From: an uncultured Pseudomonadales bacterium
GTDB taxonomy: Bacteria; Patescibacteriota; Microgenomatia; UBA1400; CAYXSR01
Reading direction: 5' to 3'
DNA: 64,000 bases
Assembly: GCA_964467735.1 (NCBI GenBank)
Contig: CAYXSR010000003.1
Coordinates: 1,078-65,077, forward strand
The position numbers and the translations under genes are program-made. The notes beneath the pieces were generated by a model. That model had not been told where the DNA came from and did no database searches. It saw only the letters and a program-made list of their open reading frames with translations. This document shows positions 39,413-49,315 of the stretch, in pieces. The stretch's first letter is position 1, and each line of letters starts with the position of its first letter.

Positions 39413-41740
39413 TTATAATCTTGCCCGTTTATTTATTTCCGCTTCAATAATTTCTTTATCTTTACCGTATTTTAATCTAGAAAGTTGCTTAACCATTTGA
39501 GAAACTTTTGGGTTGCGAAGTTTTTCTATTGTCTCCATATTTTTTGTTAAATCCATGGAAAAAGGAGTCATTGGTTCGTTATTAACAATGGTTTTAATGA
39601 AAGTATGGTATTTTTCAACATTAATAAGGTCTGTTTCAGAAAAAGTCGGCTGAAATTCATGCTGAAGATAGTTTGCATCAGTAACTCCAACACGAAAAGC
39701 AACTAGAGTCCCCACATTTCCAAAAACCGCATTTTTAACTTCTTCCTCTATTTGACCGATAAATTGGTTAGCGACGCATAAATTTAGTCGGTATTTCCGA
39801 GCTTCTGATAGAATTTGAGCAAAGTCAGGTGTTGCAAAATTTTGAAACTCATCAACATATAAATAAAAATCTTTCCTTTCTTTTTCGGAAATATCTTGTC
39901 GACTCATAGCAGCAATTAAAATTCTGGGGACTAAAATTAAACCAAGAAAATTACTATTCTCTTCTCCAATTTTTCCTTTCGCCAAACTAATTAACAATAT
40001 TTTTCCCTCATCCATCACTTTTCGAAAATCAAAAGAAGATTTGCTCTGACCAATAATATTACGCATCATTTTATTGGTAACAAAGCGACCGAATTTAGAA
40101 ACAATATAGTCTAAAACTTCTGATTTATGAAAATCTGAAGTTTGAGCAATCTGATCAGTCCAGTAGCGTCTAACCATCGGATCTTTTACTTTTGGTAAAA
40201 GCTCTTGAACAAATTTAGGATCAGTTAAACAGCGAACTACCTCAATAAAAGTATTTCCTGGTTCACTCATGACTGTTAACATGGCATTACGAATCGCGTG
40301 TTCAAATCGAGGACCAATAATTCCAGTCTTATGAGGATCATAAAGTTTATACATCAAACCAATAATGGAGGTTACTACATAATGTTGCTGTTGTTCTGTT
40401 TCTGCCTCTAACATATTTAGCCCCATTGGTCTTTCGGTATCCGAAGGATCAAAGAAAATAACATCCTCTGCTCTTTCTGGAGGAATAAGTTCCATTATTT
40501 GCTCAACCGTATCATGAGGATCAATGAAGCACACTCCTTTTCCTGCTCGAATGTCTTGTAAAATCATATCTTTCATTAATTCTGATTTACCAACACCTGT
40601 TTTTCCAATAATATAAATATGTCGACGTCTGTCTTCGTCAGTAATACAAACTGGTCTAGTTATTCCTCGATAAACACTTTTTCCTAAAAAAAGCCCTGTT
40701 TTAGGTATCTGGGCGGGGGCGGGGGCCGTTTTTGCTGATAACCAATAAATATGAGGAGTTTCTACCGATTTATTAGGAAAGTGGTAGAGGGTAGCCAACT
40801 CATCAACTGACAAAATACTTCTTTGGTCAAAAATAGGTAAATAACGATAAATAAAATCAATCATAAAGAATTTTTTAAACCAAATCTTAGCTTTAGTAAA
40901 ACGATTTAAAGAAGAAGTAAATTGACTAAAGCTAGCAATTATATTATCTAGATGGTTTTTTGCTTGTTCTTTTGTTCCGGCTGAAACAACAATTCTAATT
41001 GTTGTTTCAAAGCCAACTCGGCTACATTTGTTTTCAATCATTTCTAACTGTTTTGGATCAACATTATATTTCGCCTGTTCTGGATTAGACTCGGATTTTT
41101 TAGTTTTAGAAATATAAGATCTGCCAGCGCTTTGCCAACCAGAGGCAGCCGGTGAAACAATAATTTGAATCCCTGCTCCCTCTCCCTCTTGCATCTTTGC
41201 TAAAGCTGAAGTTATTCCTGATAAAGCGTCTGTTGGTAAGTCTTTATATTGTTTTATCGGATAATAAGAACTACTTTTAAGAACTAAACTAGTGAAAACA
41301 ACCTTTCCTTCTTTTGAGAAGATATTATATTCATCCACTTCTTTCACTTCTGCCCCAGGATAAGCACCGTGAATTTGTTTTTCAACTAAATCACGAAGAC
41401 TATTAGGAACAGAAGCATAAAACCGAATATCTTCTTTTTCGGCTACTATTTCAAAAGAAAGATGGCTTTGAGCTTTAAAACGGGACCAAAAGCCACCCTT
41501 TTTTATTGAATACAAAGAAGCAAACATTTGTTCGGCCGCATCAATCTTTGTTTCATTATCTCTTGGAAGAGCAATTTGAAGTAGAACAGAATCCAAAGAT
41601 TCTTCCTCACGATCCCGGAATTTCAACCATAAAATTAGAATGTAAACAACACCAATTATTCCTAAAACTATTAATCCAGCAATTAAAAATAAAATTATAA
41701 AATAACCCAAGAAACCGATCGCCTGATCTATAATATCCAT
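39413..41740 (-). CDS. VirB4/TraD(VirD4)-like membrane-anchored ATPase
   Basis: N-terminal TM, DRRRHIYIIGKTGVGKS, IDPH, YVDEFQNF, SEARKYRL. Confidence 0.85.
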   Translation of the reverse strand: MDIIDQAIGFLGYFIILFLIAGLIVLGIIGVVYILILWLKFRDREEESLDSVLLQIALPRDNETKIDAAEQMFASLYSIKKGGFWSRFKAQSHLSFEIVAEKEDIRFYASVPNSLRDLVEKQIHGAYPGAEVKEVDEYNIFSKEGKVVFTSLVLKSSSYYPIKQYKDLPTDALSGITSALAKMQEGEGAGIQIIVSPAASGWQSAGRSYISKTKKSESNPEQAKYNVDPKQLEMIENKCSRVGFETTIRIVVSAGTKEQAKNHLDNIIASFSQFTSSLNRFTKAKIWFKKFFMIDFIYRYLPIFDQRSILSVDELATLYHFPNKSVETPHIYWLSAKTAPAPAQIPKTGLFLGKSVYRGITRPVCITDEDRRRHIYIIGKTGVGKSELMKDMILQDIRAGKGVCFIDPHDTVEQIMELIPPERAEDVIFFDPSDTERPMGLNMLEAETEQQQHYVVTSIIGLMYKLYDPHKTGIIGPRFEHAIRNAMLTVMSEPGNTFIEVVRCLTDPKFVQELLPKVKDPMVRRYWTDQIAQTSDFHKSEVLDYIVSKFGRFVTNKMMRNIIGQSKSSFDFRKVMDEGKILLISLAKGKIGEENSNFLGLILVPRILIAAMSRQDISEKERKDFYLYVDEFQNFATPDFAQILSEARKYRLNLCVANQFIGQIEEEVKNAVFGNVGTLVAFRVGVTDANYLQHEFQPTFSETDLINVEKYHTFIKTIVNNEPMTPFSMDLTKNMETIEKLRNPKVSQMVKQLSRLKYGKDKEIIEAEINKRARL

Positions 41741-41741
41741 T

Positions 41742-42290
41742 CTACTTATCTCCTTCACTTATAGTTGGTGATTGACTATAAACAAGTCTATCAGGAATCA
41801 TTTTTATTAATCGTAGGCACCACTCCGCCATCCAACGAATTGAATCAGCTATTTTATGTTGTAATCCTATTTTCACTCCCTTATCATCTAATGGTAAATT
41901 AAATTGTGGTTTTGTAATTTTGGCTGCTTCCATTAAAATTTGACCAAAATCATCTTTGATTGGTCCAGGAAAAGAGATTTCTTCTCCCTCTTCAATTTGT
42001 TGCATCCAATCTTTTGCCTCAGGTGGAATTTCAAATTCCTTCTTTCCTGAAACTTCTGGCTGTACTTCTTGGAAAGCCGGTCCTCCAAAAGCTTCTTTTT
42101 GTTCCTTTCCAATTCCAGAAGATACTTCCTCTCCAACCTTTGATAACTGTCTGTTGATGTTAGTTGGCGACTCTGGTTGAGTTACTACACCTACTGGAGT
42201 TTGTTTACCAACAAAATTAGGATCTTGTATATTACTATTTGGAGAACCACTCATTAAATTGTCATTAGACAATAGACTAGCGTCACTCAT
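41742..42290 (-). CDS. Hypothetical protein (disordered N-terminus)
   Basis: LPL...GL...DSIRWMAEWC C-terminal motif; coupled to the ATPase gene. Confidence 0.7.
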   Translation of the reverse strand: MSDASLLSNDNLMSGSPNSNIQDPNFVGKQTPVGVVTQPESPTNINRQLSKVGEEVSSGIGKEQKEAFGGPAFQEVQPEVSGKKEFEIPPEAKDWMQQIEEGEEISFPGPIKDDFGQILMEAAKITKPQFNLPLDDKGVKIGLQHKIADSIRWMAEWCLRLIKMIPDRLVYSQSPTISEGDK

Positions 42291-42344
42291 ATTTTTATGA
42301 TAACACAAGCTATCTAAATTATTAAGAAGAATTAAGTCTTAAAA

Positions 42345-43757
42345 TCAAACTTCTAAGACACGCAACATATTTGTTCTTCCCGGAGTTCCCCAATCAGTTC
42401 CACAAATCAAAATTAACTTTTCTCCCTTTTTAACTAGCCCTTTTTTATCTAAAAAAGTTATCATTTTCTTTATTTGCTGTTCACTTAATTTCTTATAATC
42501 AAAAAGGTATGGTCTAATTCCCCAAACCAAATGTAGTTTATCTCTTGTTGATTGTTTATGGGTAAAAACGTAGATTGGCATTTTAGGACGAAAGCGAGAT
42601 AACATTTTGGCTGTATAACCACTTTCTGTAAGAACTACAAAACCCTTTATTCCGTTAAGGTTCTTCTCTAATTCACAAGCTGCCTCAGCAATGGCGGCAG
42701 TTTGATCTGGAAAAGTAAATTCATTATCACAACCACAACTACAAAGAGTTCTATTGTCTTCCAAGAAAAAAGCTGAACGGGTCATCCATTTAACTGCCTC
42801 AATAGGATGCTTACCATTAGCTGTTTCTCCAGACAACATTAATACGTCAGTCTTATCTAAAATTGCATTACCAACATCAGAGATTTCTGCCCTTGTCGGC
42901 ATAGGATTTTTTATCATACTCTCCAGCATATGGGTAGCAGTTATTACTGGCTTTCCAACACTTAAACACTTTTTAATTATTGTTTTTTGCCAAAAAGGAA
43001 TTTGTTCCATCGGTGTTTCTATTCCTAAATCTCCCCTTGCTACCATTATTCCTTCAGAAGTATCAATAATTTCATCAATATTTTCTAAGGATTGCTGTGT
43101 TTCAATTTTAGCAATCACGTCAGCATTCATTTTTCTCTTTTTAAGTTCAGCTTTAAGATCTAAAATATCTTTTTTATCGCGAACAAAAGATAAAGCAACA
43201 TAATCAATATCTAGCTTATTTCCTAAACTTAAACAATCAAAGTCTCTTTCTGCCAATGATTTTATTCCTAAGTTCACTCCTGGAAGGTTGACACTTTTCC
43301 TTCCCCCTAATGAACCCCCATCAATAACTCGAAGCTTAACTTTTTTATCAGATTTATTTAAAACTTTAAACTTTAACCGACCATCATCAATAAACAAATC
43401 ATCTCCTTCTTTTACATCTCTTATCACCTCCGCTTTATCAATTAATATATCTGTCTTGCCTTGAGCTTTTTTTTGAACGCCCATTGTTACTGTCTCACCA
43501 GTTCTAAATAAATCTTTTGTGCCTACTGCTCTAATTTCTGGACCCTGTAAATCCATCAAAATACAAATACTCATACCTTCCTGTTCAGCAATTTTTCTTA
43601 ACAGCTTCATTTTCTCTTCATGCCAAACCGTATCACTATGTTTCATATTAAATCGGAAAGCTCTGACGCCTAATTGAAGTAATTTTTTTATTTTAACAGG
43701 AGAATCGCATGAGGGTCCAAAAGTAACTAAAATGTTGGTCTTTGGTCTAGTAATCAT
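42345..43757 (-). CDS. pyk: Pyruvate kinase
   Basis: DLQGPEIR, IAKIE, MVARGDLG, MLESM, MLSGETA. Confidence 0.95.
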   Translation of the reverse strand: MITRPKTNILVTFGPSCDSPVKIKKLLQLGVRAFRFNMKHSDTVWHEEKMKLLRKIAEQEGMSICILMDLQGPEIRAVGTKDLFRTGETVTMGVQKKAQGKTDILIDKAEVIRDVKEGDDLFIDDGRLKFKVLNKSDKKVKLRVIDGGSLGGRKSVNLPGVNLGIKSLAERDFDCLSLGNKLDIDYVALSFVRDKKDILDLKAELKKRKMNADVIAKIETQQSLENIDEIIDTSEGIMVARGDLGIETPMEQIPFWQKTIIKKCLSVGKPVITATHMLESMIKNPMPTRAEISDVGNAILDKTDVLMLSGETANGKHPIEAVKWMTRSAFFLEDNRTLCSCGCDNEFTFPDQTAAIAEAACELEKNLNGIKGFVVLTESGYTAKMLSRFRPKMPIYVFTHKQSTRDKLHLVWGIRPYLFDYKKLSEQQIKKMITFLDKKGLVKKGEKLILICGTDWGTPGRTNMLRVLEV

Positions 43758-43839
43758 TTTTTTATATATTTATTATATAAATCTTACTTCTTCATTATAG
43801 CTCAAAAATAAATGAAGTCAATTCATAATCCATATGAAT

Positions 43840-44454
43840 TTATTCGAGTAATTTTGGTTTATTTTTAATCTTTATCCCCATTTTTTTTAAACTCTTTGCG
43901 ATCCTAATTAATGGTAATCCTAAGATATTTGAATAATCTCCTTCAAATTTTTCAACAAAAACACATCTTTCATCTTGAATTCCATAAGCTCCTGCTCTAT
44001 CAAGATAGGTACCAGTATCTAAGTAATCATTCATTTGTTTGTTAGTAAAGTTTTTAAAAAAAACTCTACTTTCTTCAAAAAAGTTTTCTTGAATTCCTTT
44101 TTGGTTAATCAGAACTATTCCGGTTAAAATTTTGTGCATTCTATTTTTTAATGAAGAAAGCATTCTTTCTGATTCCTTCCTATTCTCTGGTTTGCCTAAA
44201 ATTTGGAGACTTCTTTTGTTTTTAAAAACAACAATTGTATCCGCACTAATAATTAAAAACTTTTTTTCTTTAATTTTTTTCCTAATTTTCAATCCTTTTG
44301 CTAAAGCTATCTTTTGGGCGATTTCTTCTGGTCTTTTTGACAATCTAAAAAATTTACTTTCATCGATTTCACTCGGTAATATATCAAAAGAAATTCCCAA
44401 AGAGCTTAAAAGCTCTTTCCTTCGTTGAGAAGCTGAAGCAAGAATAATCTTCAC
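43840..44454 (-). CDS. maf: Maf nucleotide pyrophosphatase
   Basis: ILASASQRR, ADTIV, GKP, AGAYGIQ, GLPL. Confidence 0.92.
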   Translation of the reverse strand: MKIILASASQRRKELLSSLGISFDILPSEIDESKFFRLSKRPEEIAQKIALAKGLKIRKKIKEKKFLIISADTIVVFKNKRSLQILGKPENRKESERMLSSLKNRMHKILTGIVLINQKGIQENFFEESRVFFKNFTNKQMNDYLDTGTYLDRAGAYGIQDERCVFVEKFEGDYSNILGLPLIRIAKSLKKMGIKIKNKPKLLE

Positions 44455-44477
44455 TAACCAACTCCAACTCTTTAAAC

Positions 44478-44876
44478 TTATTTTGCTTGAATAACCACTG
44501 TCTTTGCTATCTTATCATGCCAGCCTTGCTTCCTCTCATCCCAAATGATCCATAAAAATCCCAAACCCAAAACCGCACTAGAAATCATATAGCCAATATA
44601 TCTTAAAAATGCCTCTGGGTAACCTACTGGCTTCTGATTTTCTTTGACTACTTTTATCCCTACTAACCTTTTACCTATTGTTTGACCATTCCAATTTACC
44701 AAAAGTAAAATTGAATATAAGGCTCCTATTAGAATATTAAAGGTCCTATTAAAAAATAAAGGCCTTGTTCTGCCAAATATCCTACTAATAAAAATTATCA
44801 CTAAACCATCAACAATAGTAGCCAACAATCTAATACCAAAACCAGCATATTCTATTTTCTTTTTAGTTTTTTTCAT
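44478..44876 (-). CDS. RDD family protein
   Basis: YAGFGIRLLATIVD, GQTIGK, QGWHDKIAKT. Confidence 0.9.
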   Translation of the reverse strand: MKKTKKKIEYAGFGIRLLATIVDGLVIIFISRIFGRTRPLFFNRTFNILIGALYSILLLVNWNGQTIGKRLVGIKVVKENQKPVGYPEAFLRYIGYMISSAVLGLGFLWIIWDERKQGWHDKIAKTVVIQAK

Positions 44877-44920
44877 TAGTATCACCCCCTTTATTTCTAT
44901 TGAACACTATTTTATCTAGA

Positions 44921-45661
44921 TTAATCAATACCTCTAATTTTTGTTCTCGGTAAAAAAATTTTCACTGCCTTTAATATTTCTTTAATCTGAATTTCAGAAA
45001 AAGGCTCCAGCTTTAAAAATTTTTTATTTAAACAGTTTTGGGGTTGAAATTGCTGAAGAAAATAATTAATCTTCTCAATTGGATAATTAGATTCGAGGCT
45101 AAGATCAGCTAATTGTTTGGCTAATTTCATTAAAATTTTTTTATTATGGATACCTGGAACAACGGTTGTTCTTAGCTCATATGGTAAACCAGATTGCCAA
45201 ATGATTTTTAAAGTTTTTTTAATCTTATTGATCGAAAAATTAGTTCCTGTTGCTTGTTGGTAATTATCAAAAGGTCTCTTAATATCCATCGCTATAAAAT
45301 CAATTAGTTTTTTATCGATTAATTTGCTGACTATTTCTGGGTTGGTTCCATTTGTATCTAATTTAACTTCCAAATCTAACAATTTAATTTTTTGACAAAA
45401 ATTAATTAAATCTTTCTGAAGGGTTGGTTCGCCGCCAGTAATACAAACACCGTCTAAAATCTTTTTTCTTTTTTTTAAAAATAAAAAAAATTCACTTTCT
45501 TTTAAGAATGAAAGTTTGCTTTTTTCAAAAAGTTCTTTACTAACAAGATCTTTATTATGACAAAATGGACAACGTAAATTACAGCCGACTGTAAAAACTG
45601 TACAAGCTAATCGACCAGGAAAATCAATAACCGTCGTTTTCTGTAAACCCCCAATAAGCAT
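44921..45661 (-). CDS. nrdG: Anaerobic RNR activating enzyme (radical SAM)
   Basis: GCNLRCPFCHN, ITGGEPT, KLDTNG; downstream of nrdD. Confidence 0.92.
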   Translation of the reverse strand: MLIGGLQKTTVIDFPGRLACTVFTVGCNLRCPFCHNKDLVSKELFEKSKLSFLKESEFFLFLKKRKKILDGVCITGGEPTLQKDLINFCQKIKLLDLEVKLDTNGTNPEIVSKLIDKKLIDFIAMDIKRPFDNYQQATGTNFSINKIKKTLKIIWQSGLPYELRTTVVPGIHNKKILMKLAKQLADLSLESNYPIEKINYFLQQFQPQNCLNKKFLKLEPFSEIQIKEILKAVKIFLPRTKIRGID

Positions 45662-45676
45662 TAATCTTAAAACCTA

Positions 45677-45823
45677 TCAATTGGATAAATTTATCCTATA
45701 AAGTTTACGTTTATAAAATTCCGCTTCTTTTCCTGGATTCCATTGAGAGACTGGTCTTAAATAACCAACAATCCGCGAATAAACTTCGCATCTTGTTCTT
45801 TTTTCAGAATTGTTACTGTTCAT
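45677..45823 (-). CDS. Stand-alone NrdD glycyl-radical peptide (48 aa)
   Basis: Translated by hand: CEVYSRIVGYLRPVSQWNPGK; AAGGAGG SD; absent from ORF track. Confidence 0.9.
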   Translation of the reverse strand: MNSNNSEKRTRCEVYSRIVGYLRPVSQWNPGKEAEFYKRKLYRINLSN

Positions 45824-45837
45824 CTTCCCTCCTTTTT

Positions 45838-47883
45838 TTAACTTTTTTTATAGCCTATTTCTTGATCACATTTAGGACAATATTTCCATTTGCCTTTTAA
45901 ATATCCATGAATTGGACAAATTGAGAATGTTGGGGTTAAAGAAAAATATGGCAAATGATAGTTTTCCGCAATCTTTTTTACCAATTTTTTGACAACTTTT
46001 ATATTAGGAGGACTTTCACCAATAAACCCATGGAGAACAGTTCCTCCTGTATATTTACATTGCAAGTCATCTTGATGATCAAAGGCTTCAAAAATATCAT
46101 CCGTATAATCAACCGGTAAATGAGTTGAATTAGTATAAAACGGGGCTATGTTTTTGTTTTGTACATCCTTGTTATTGGCACAAATAATCTTACCATTAAA
46201 TTGTTCTTTATCGAGTTTGGCAAAACGATAAGAAGTCCCTTCTGCTGGTGTAGCTTCTAAATTAAACATTTCTCCGCTTTCCTTTTGGTATTCTAAAAGT
46301 TTTTTTCTCATAAAATTCATTATTTCTAAAGCAAAGGCTTTTGCTTTTGGATCAGAAATTGACCTACCCATGAAGTTGATTAAACATTCATTCATTCCGT
46401 TTATTCCGATTGTATTAAAATGATTCCGCCAATATTCGCCGGTTCGTTTTTTAATATCAGATAAATAATAGCGACAATATGGATAGAGACCTTTTTCAGT
46501 AAATTCTTCTACCATTTTTCTTTTAATCATTAATGATTCTTTTGCTAACTTCATTAATTTTTGCAATCTAGAAAAAAAATCTTTTTTTGTCTTAGATAAA
46601 AACCCAATCCTTGGAAGATTAATTGTAACTACCCCAATGGAACCGGTTAAGGGATTAGCAGCAAACAACCCTCCCCTTTTGCGCAAAACTCTATTATCTA
46701 ATCGCAAACGACAACACATGCTTCGGGCATCCTCTGGTTTCATGTCAGAATTTATAAAGTTTGAAAAATAAGGAATTCCATATTTCCTGGTCATTTCCCA
46801 AACTGGCTCCAAAACTGGATTATCCCAATTAAAATCTTTTGTAATGGAGTAAGTGGGAATGGGGAAAGTAAATACTCTACCTTGAGCATCACCCTCCATC
46901 ATTACTTCGGCAAAAACCTGATTAAAAAGATCAACTTCTTTTTGAAAATCTCCATATTTTTCTTTTTTTAGCTTTCCGCCGATAATTACATTCTCTTTGG
47001 CAACAATGTCTGGAATAACTAAATCTAAAGAAACATTGGTAAAAGGAGTCTGAAAACCAACTCTGGTCGGCACATTCATATTAAAAATAAATTCCTGCAT
47101 TGCTTGCTTCACTTCTTTACGAGAAAGTTTGTCAAAGGCAATAAAAGGAGCCAGATAACTATCAAAATTGGCCACAGCAATTGCTCCGGCTACTTCGCCT
47201 TGGAGGGTATAAAAGAAATTAACTAATTGACCTAAGGCTGTCCGAAAATGTTTAGGTGGCTTTGAATGAACTTTCCCTGAAACACCGCCAAAACCTCGCA
47301 TTAATAAATCTTTTAAATCCCAACCAGTACAATAAGCAGAAATTAAAGCTAAATCATGAATATGTAACGCTCCACTAGTGTGAGCTTTACGAATATTTCG
47401 AAGATAAATTTTATTAAGCCAAAAACTGGAGGAAATAATTGAAGCGACATGATTATTTAATCCTTGAAGAGAATAAGTCATGTTAGCATTTTCTTTAACT
47501 AGCCAGTCCGCTTTTTTGAGGTATTGATCTATCAACTCATTAGAATCAACCAAACTAGAAATATCACGTAGTTTACTATGGAGGTCACGATAAAGAGTAA
47601 ACGCTTTATAAGTTCGGCCATGACCTCTTTTTAATAAAGTTTTCTCAACAATATCCTGAACTTGTTCCACTTCTGGAACTAAAGTAGCATTAAATCTTTT
47701 TTCTAATTCTTTTATAACAAGAGTTGCCAAAAAATGCGCTCTTGCTCTATCTTCTCCTCCAGCAGCCTTAGCGGCTTGCCAAATTGTTCTTTCAATTTTT
47801 GCCGGTCGAAAAGCAACAATTCTACCACTTCGTTTTTTAATTTTTTTAATAATAGAATAAATTTTATTTTTTTTTATTTCCAT
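45838..47883 (-). CDS. nrdD: Anaerobic (class III) ribonucleoside-triphosphate reductase, lacking the glycyl loop
   Basis: ATP-cone, HIHDL, YC.GW, RSMCCRL, EATPAE, CPIHG...CPKC. Confidence 0.93.
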   Translation of the reverse strand: MEIKKNKIYSIIKKIKKRSGRIVAFRPAKIERTIWQAAKAAGGEDRARAHFLATLVIKELEKRFNATLVPEVEQVQDIVEKTLLKRGHGRTYKAFTLYRDLHSKLRDISSLVDSNELIDQYLKKADWLVKENANMTYSLQGLNNHVASIISSSFWLNKIYLRNIRKAHTSGALHIHDLALISAYCTGWDLKDLLMRGFGGVSGKVHSKPPKHFRTALGQLVNFFYTLQGEVAGAIAVANFDSYLAPFIAFDKLSRKEVKQAMQEFIFNMNVPTRVGFQTPFTNVSLDLVIPDIVAKENVIIGGKLKKEKYGDFQKEVDLFNQVFAEVMMEGDAQGRVFTFPIPTYSITKDFNWDNPVLEPVWEMTRKYGIPYFSNFINSDMKPEDARSMCCRLRLDNRVLRKRGGLFAANPLTGSIGVVTINLPRIGFLSKTKKDFFSRLQKLMKLAKESLMIKRKMVEEFTEKGLYPYCRYYLSDIKKRTGEYWRNHFNTIGINGMNECLINFMGRSISDPKAKAFALEIMNFMRKKLLEYQKESGEMFNLEATPAEGTSYRFAKLDKEQFNGKIICANNKDVQNKNIAPFYTNSTHLPVDYTDDIFEAFDHQDDLQCKYTGGTVLHGFIGESPPNIKVVKKLVKKIAENYHLPYFSLTPTFSICPIHGYLKGKWKYCPKCDQEIGYKKS

Positions 47884-47886
47884 TTT

Positions 47887-48333
47887 TTAACAAAGCTCTC
47901 TTATTTGTTCCTTAAATTCATCAATGTTTTTAAAATCTAAAAAAACGGAAGCAAATCTTAAATAAGCAATCTTATCAACTTTTTTTAATCTGGTTAAAAC
48001 CATTCTGCCAATGTCACTTGAGGATACTTCTGTTGATTTTCTATTTAAAAGTCTTAACTCTATATCATCGATAATTCTTTCTATTTCTTCCCCGTCAATA
48101 TTTCTTTTCTCACATGCCTTTTGAATTCCTTGTTTAATTTTTTCTCGATCAAAATCTTCTTTTTCGCCGTCTTTTTTCACTACTTTTAAATCAATTATTT
48201 CCACTCTTTCATAAGTAGTAAATCTTTTCCCACAACTTTGACATTCTCGTCGGCGGCGAGTAACTTCACCATCTTCGCTTTCGCGTGATTCTAAAACTGA
48301 AGTATCATTACCTTTACAATAAGGACAAAGCAT
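47887..48333 (-). CDS. nrdR: Transcriptional repressor NrdR
   Basis: CPYC, RRRRECQSCGKRFTTYE, AYLRFASV. Confidence 0.95.
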   Translation of the reverse strand: MLCPYCKGNDTSVLESRESEDGEVTRRRRECQSCGKRFTTYERVEIIDLKVVKKDGEKEDFDREKIKQGIQKACEKRNIDGEEIERIIDDIELRLLNRKSTEVSSSDIGRMVLTRLKKVDKIAYLRFASVFLDFKNIDEFKEQIRELC

Positions 48334-48370
48334 TAAACGACCTTTTTTAAAAATTTTATTTTTCTTCTTT

Positions 48371-48423
48371 ACACTATTCCTAGTGTACAAAAAGAATGTA
48401 ATCCCCTAATCCTAGCTTGTCAA
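48371..48423 (-). promoter_or_regulatory. Tandem NrdR boxes overlapping the nrdR-nrdD promoter
   Basis: ACACTATTCCTAGTGT (48371-48386) and CCCCTAATCCTAGCTT (48403-48418), 32 bp apart; TTGACA-17-TACATT. Confidence 0.75.
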
Positions 48424-48656
48424 CTAGAAATTAATACATCAAAAAATATCAATCAAAATTTACTGGCGAAAAATTTTTTTGGCGTTTAGTTTATTTAAAA
48501 AAGTGGCTTTAAAATATAAAATTAAATTGAAATTAAAATGTTGAAAAATTTAAATAATAAGCTCTTGGATATAATTTACTCTTAACGTATATTTTCAGTT
48601 GAATAATCAATCTTATTTTAATTATTAATTCTAATAAAAGACTTCTTTAAAACAGC

Positions 48657-48686
48657 AAAGTTAGAGTGTTCATACTCTAACTTTGT
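48657..48686 (-). terminator. Intrinsic terminator-like hairpin
   Basis: CAAAGTTAGAGT/ACTCTAACTTTG inverted repeat after the 48710 stop. Confidence 0.7.
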
Positions 48687-48709
48687 TTTACAGAAACTTA
48701 AACTAATTT

Positions 48710-49315
48710 TTATTTCAACAAATTCCTTAAATCCATAAGTTTGCTAATCATTTGATTAAATACCTCTTCTGATCCTTCTGCCTTCGTTACTATCTCCTTT
48801 AAAACCTCTTCATGTTTATCAATTGCTTTAGACAAACGATTTTTAAACTCATCATCTTTTGTTTTCTCCCATTCTAAAACTGCTTTCTCAAGATATTTTT
48901 CTCCTTTTGTTACTGTAGTCACCCCAAGCTGAACTTTATTTTTTTCAATTAAGCTTTTCCCAGCGCCTAATCTCTTATCAGCATACAAAAGTAATTTCTC
49001 TGTTTTCTGAGAAGAGGTAGACAAGGTCAATAATAATCTGTCCCTTATCATCTTAAGCCAATAAAAAGGATTATCAGGTAAAATACCAGGATAAGCTAAA
49101 AAATAGTCATTTTTCTCTTCTTTAACAGTCTCTCCCACCTCCCCTTCGTCACTTACTAAATCTTCTTGGGGATTGAGTATTGGTTCTAATGATGGTTCAC
49201 TCACCTCTGCTCTCACGGGTCGAGAACAGGTTTTTAAAACAGAAATTATCATAACTGCTATTCCCAAAGCTAAAGCAGTTACCGATAAAAGAAAAAATTT
49301 CAATTTAACTTTCAT
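48710..49315 (-). CDS. Membrane-anchored helical protein (DUF5667-like)
   Basis: YPGILPDNPFYWLKMIRD, ADKRL. Confidence 0.75.
   Translation of the reverse strand: MKVKLKFFLLSVTALALGIAVMIISVLKTCSRPVRAEVSEPSLEPILNPQEDLVSDEGEVGETVKEEKNDYFLAYPGILPDNPFYWLKMIRDRLLLTLSTSSQKTEKLLLYADKRLGAGKSLIEKNKVQLGVTTVTKGEKYLEKAVLEWEKTKDDEFKNRLSKAIDKHEEVLKEIVTKAEGSEEVFNQMISKLMDLRNLLK

Noticed and set aside
37438-41740. Integrative element (tRNA + recombinase + ATPase)
   Set aside because: No duplicated tRNA 3' end, relaxase or compositional shift; an ftsB-like gene lies inside.
48430-48650. AT-rich intergenic stretch as replication origin
   Set aside because: No clustered TTATCCACA DnaA boxes and no dnaA nearby.
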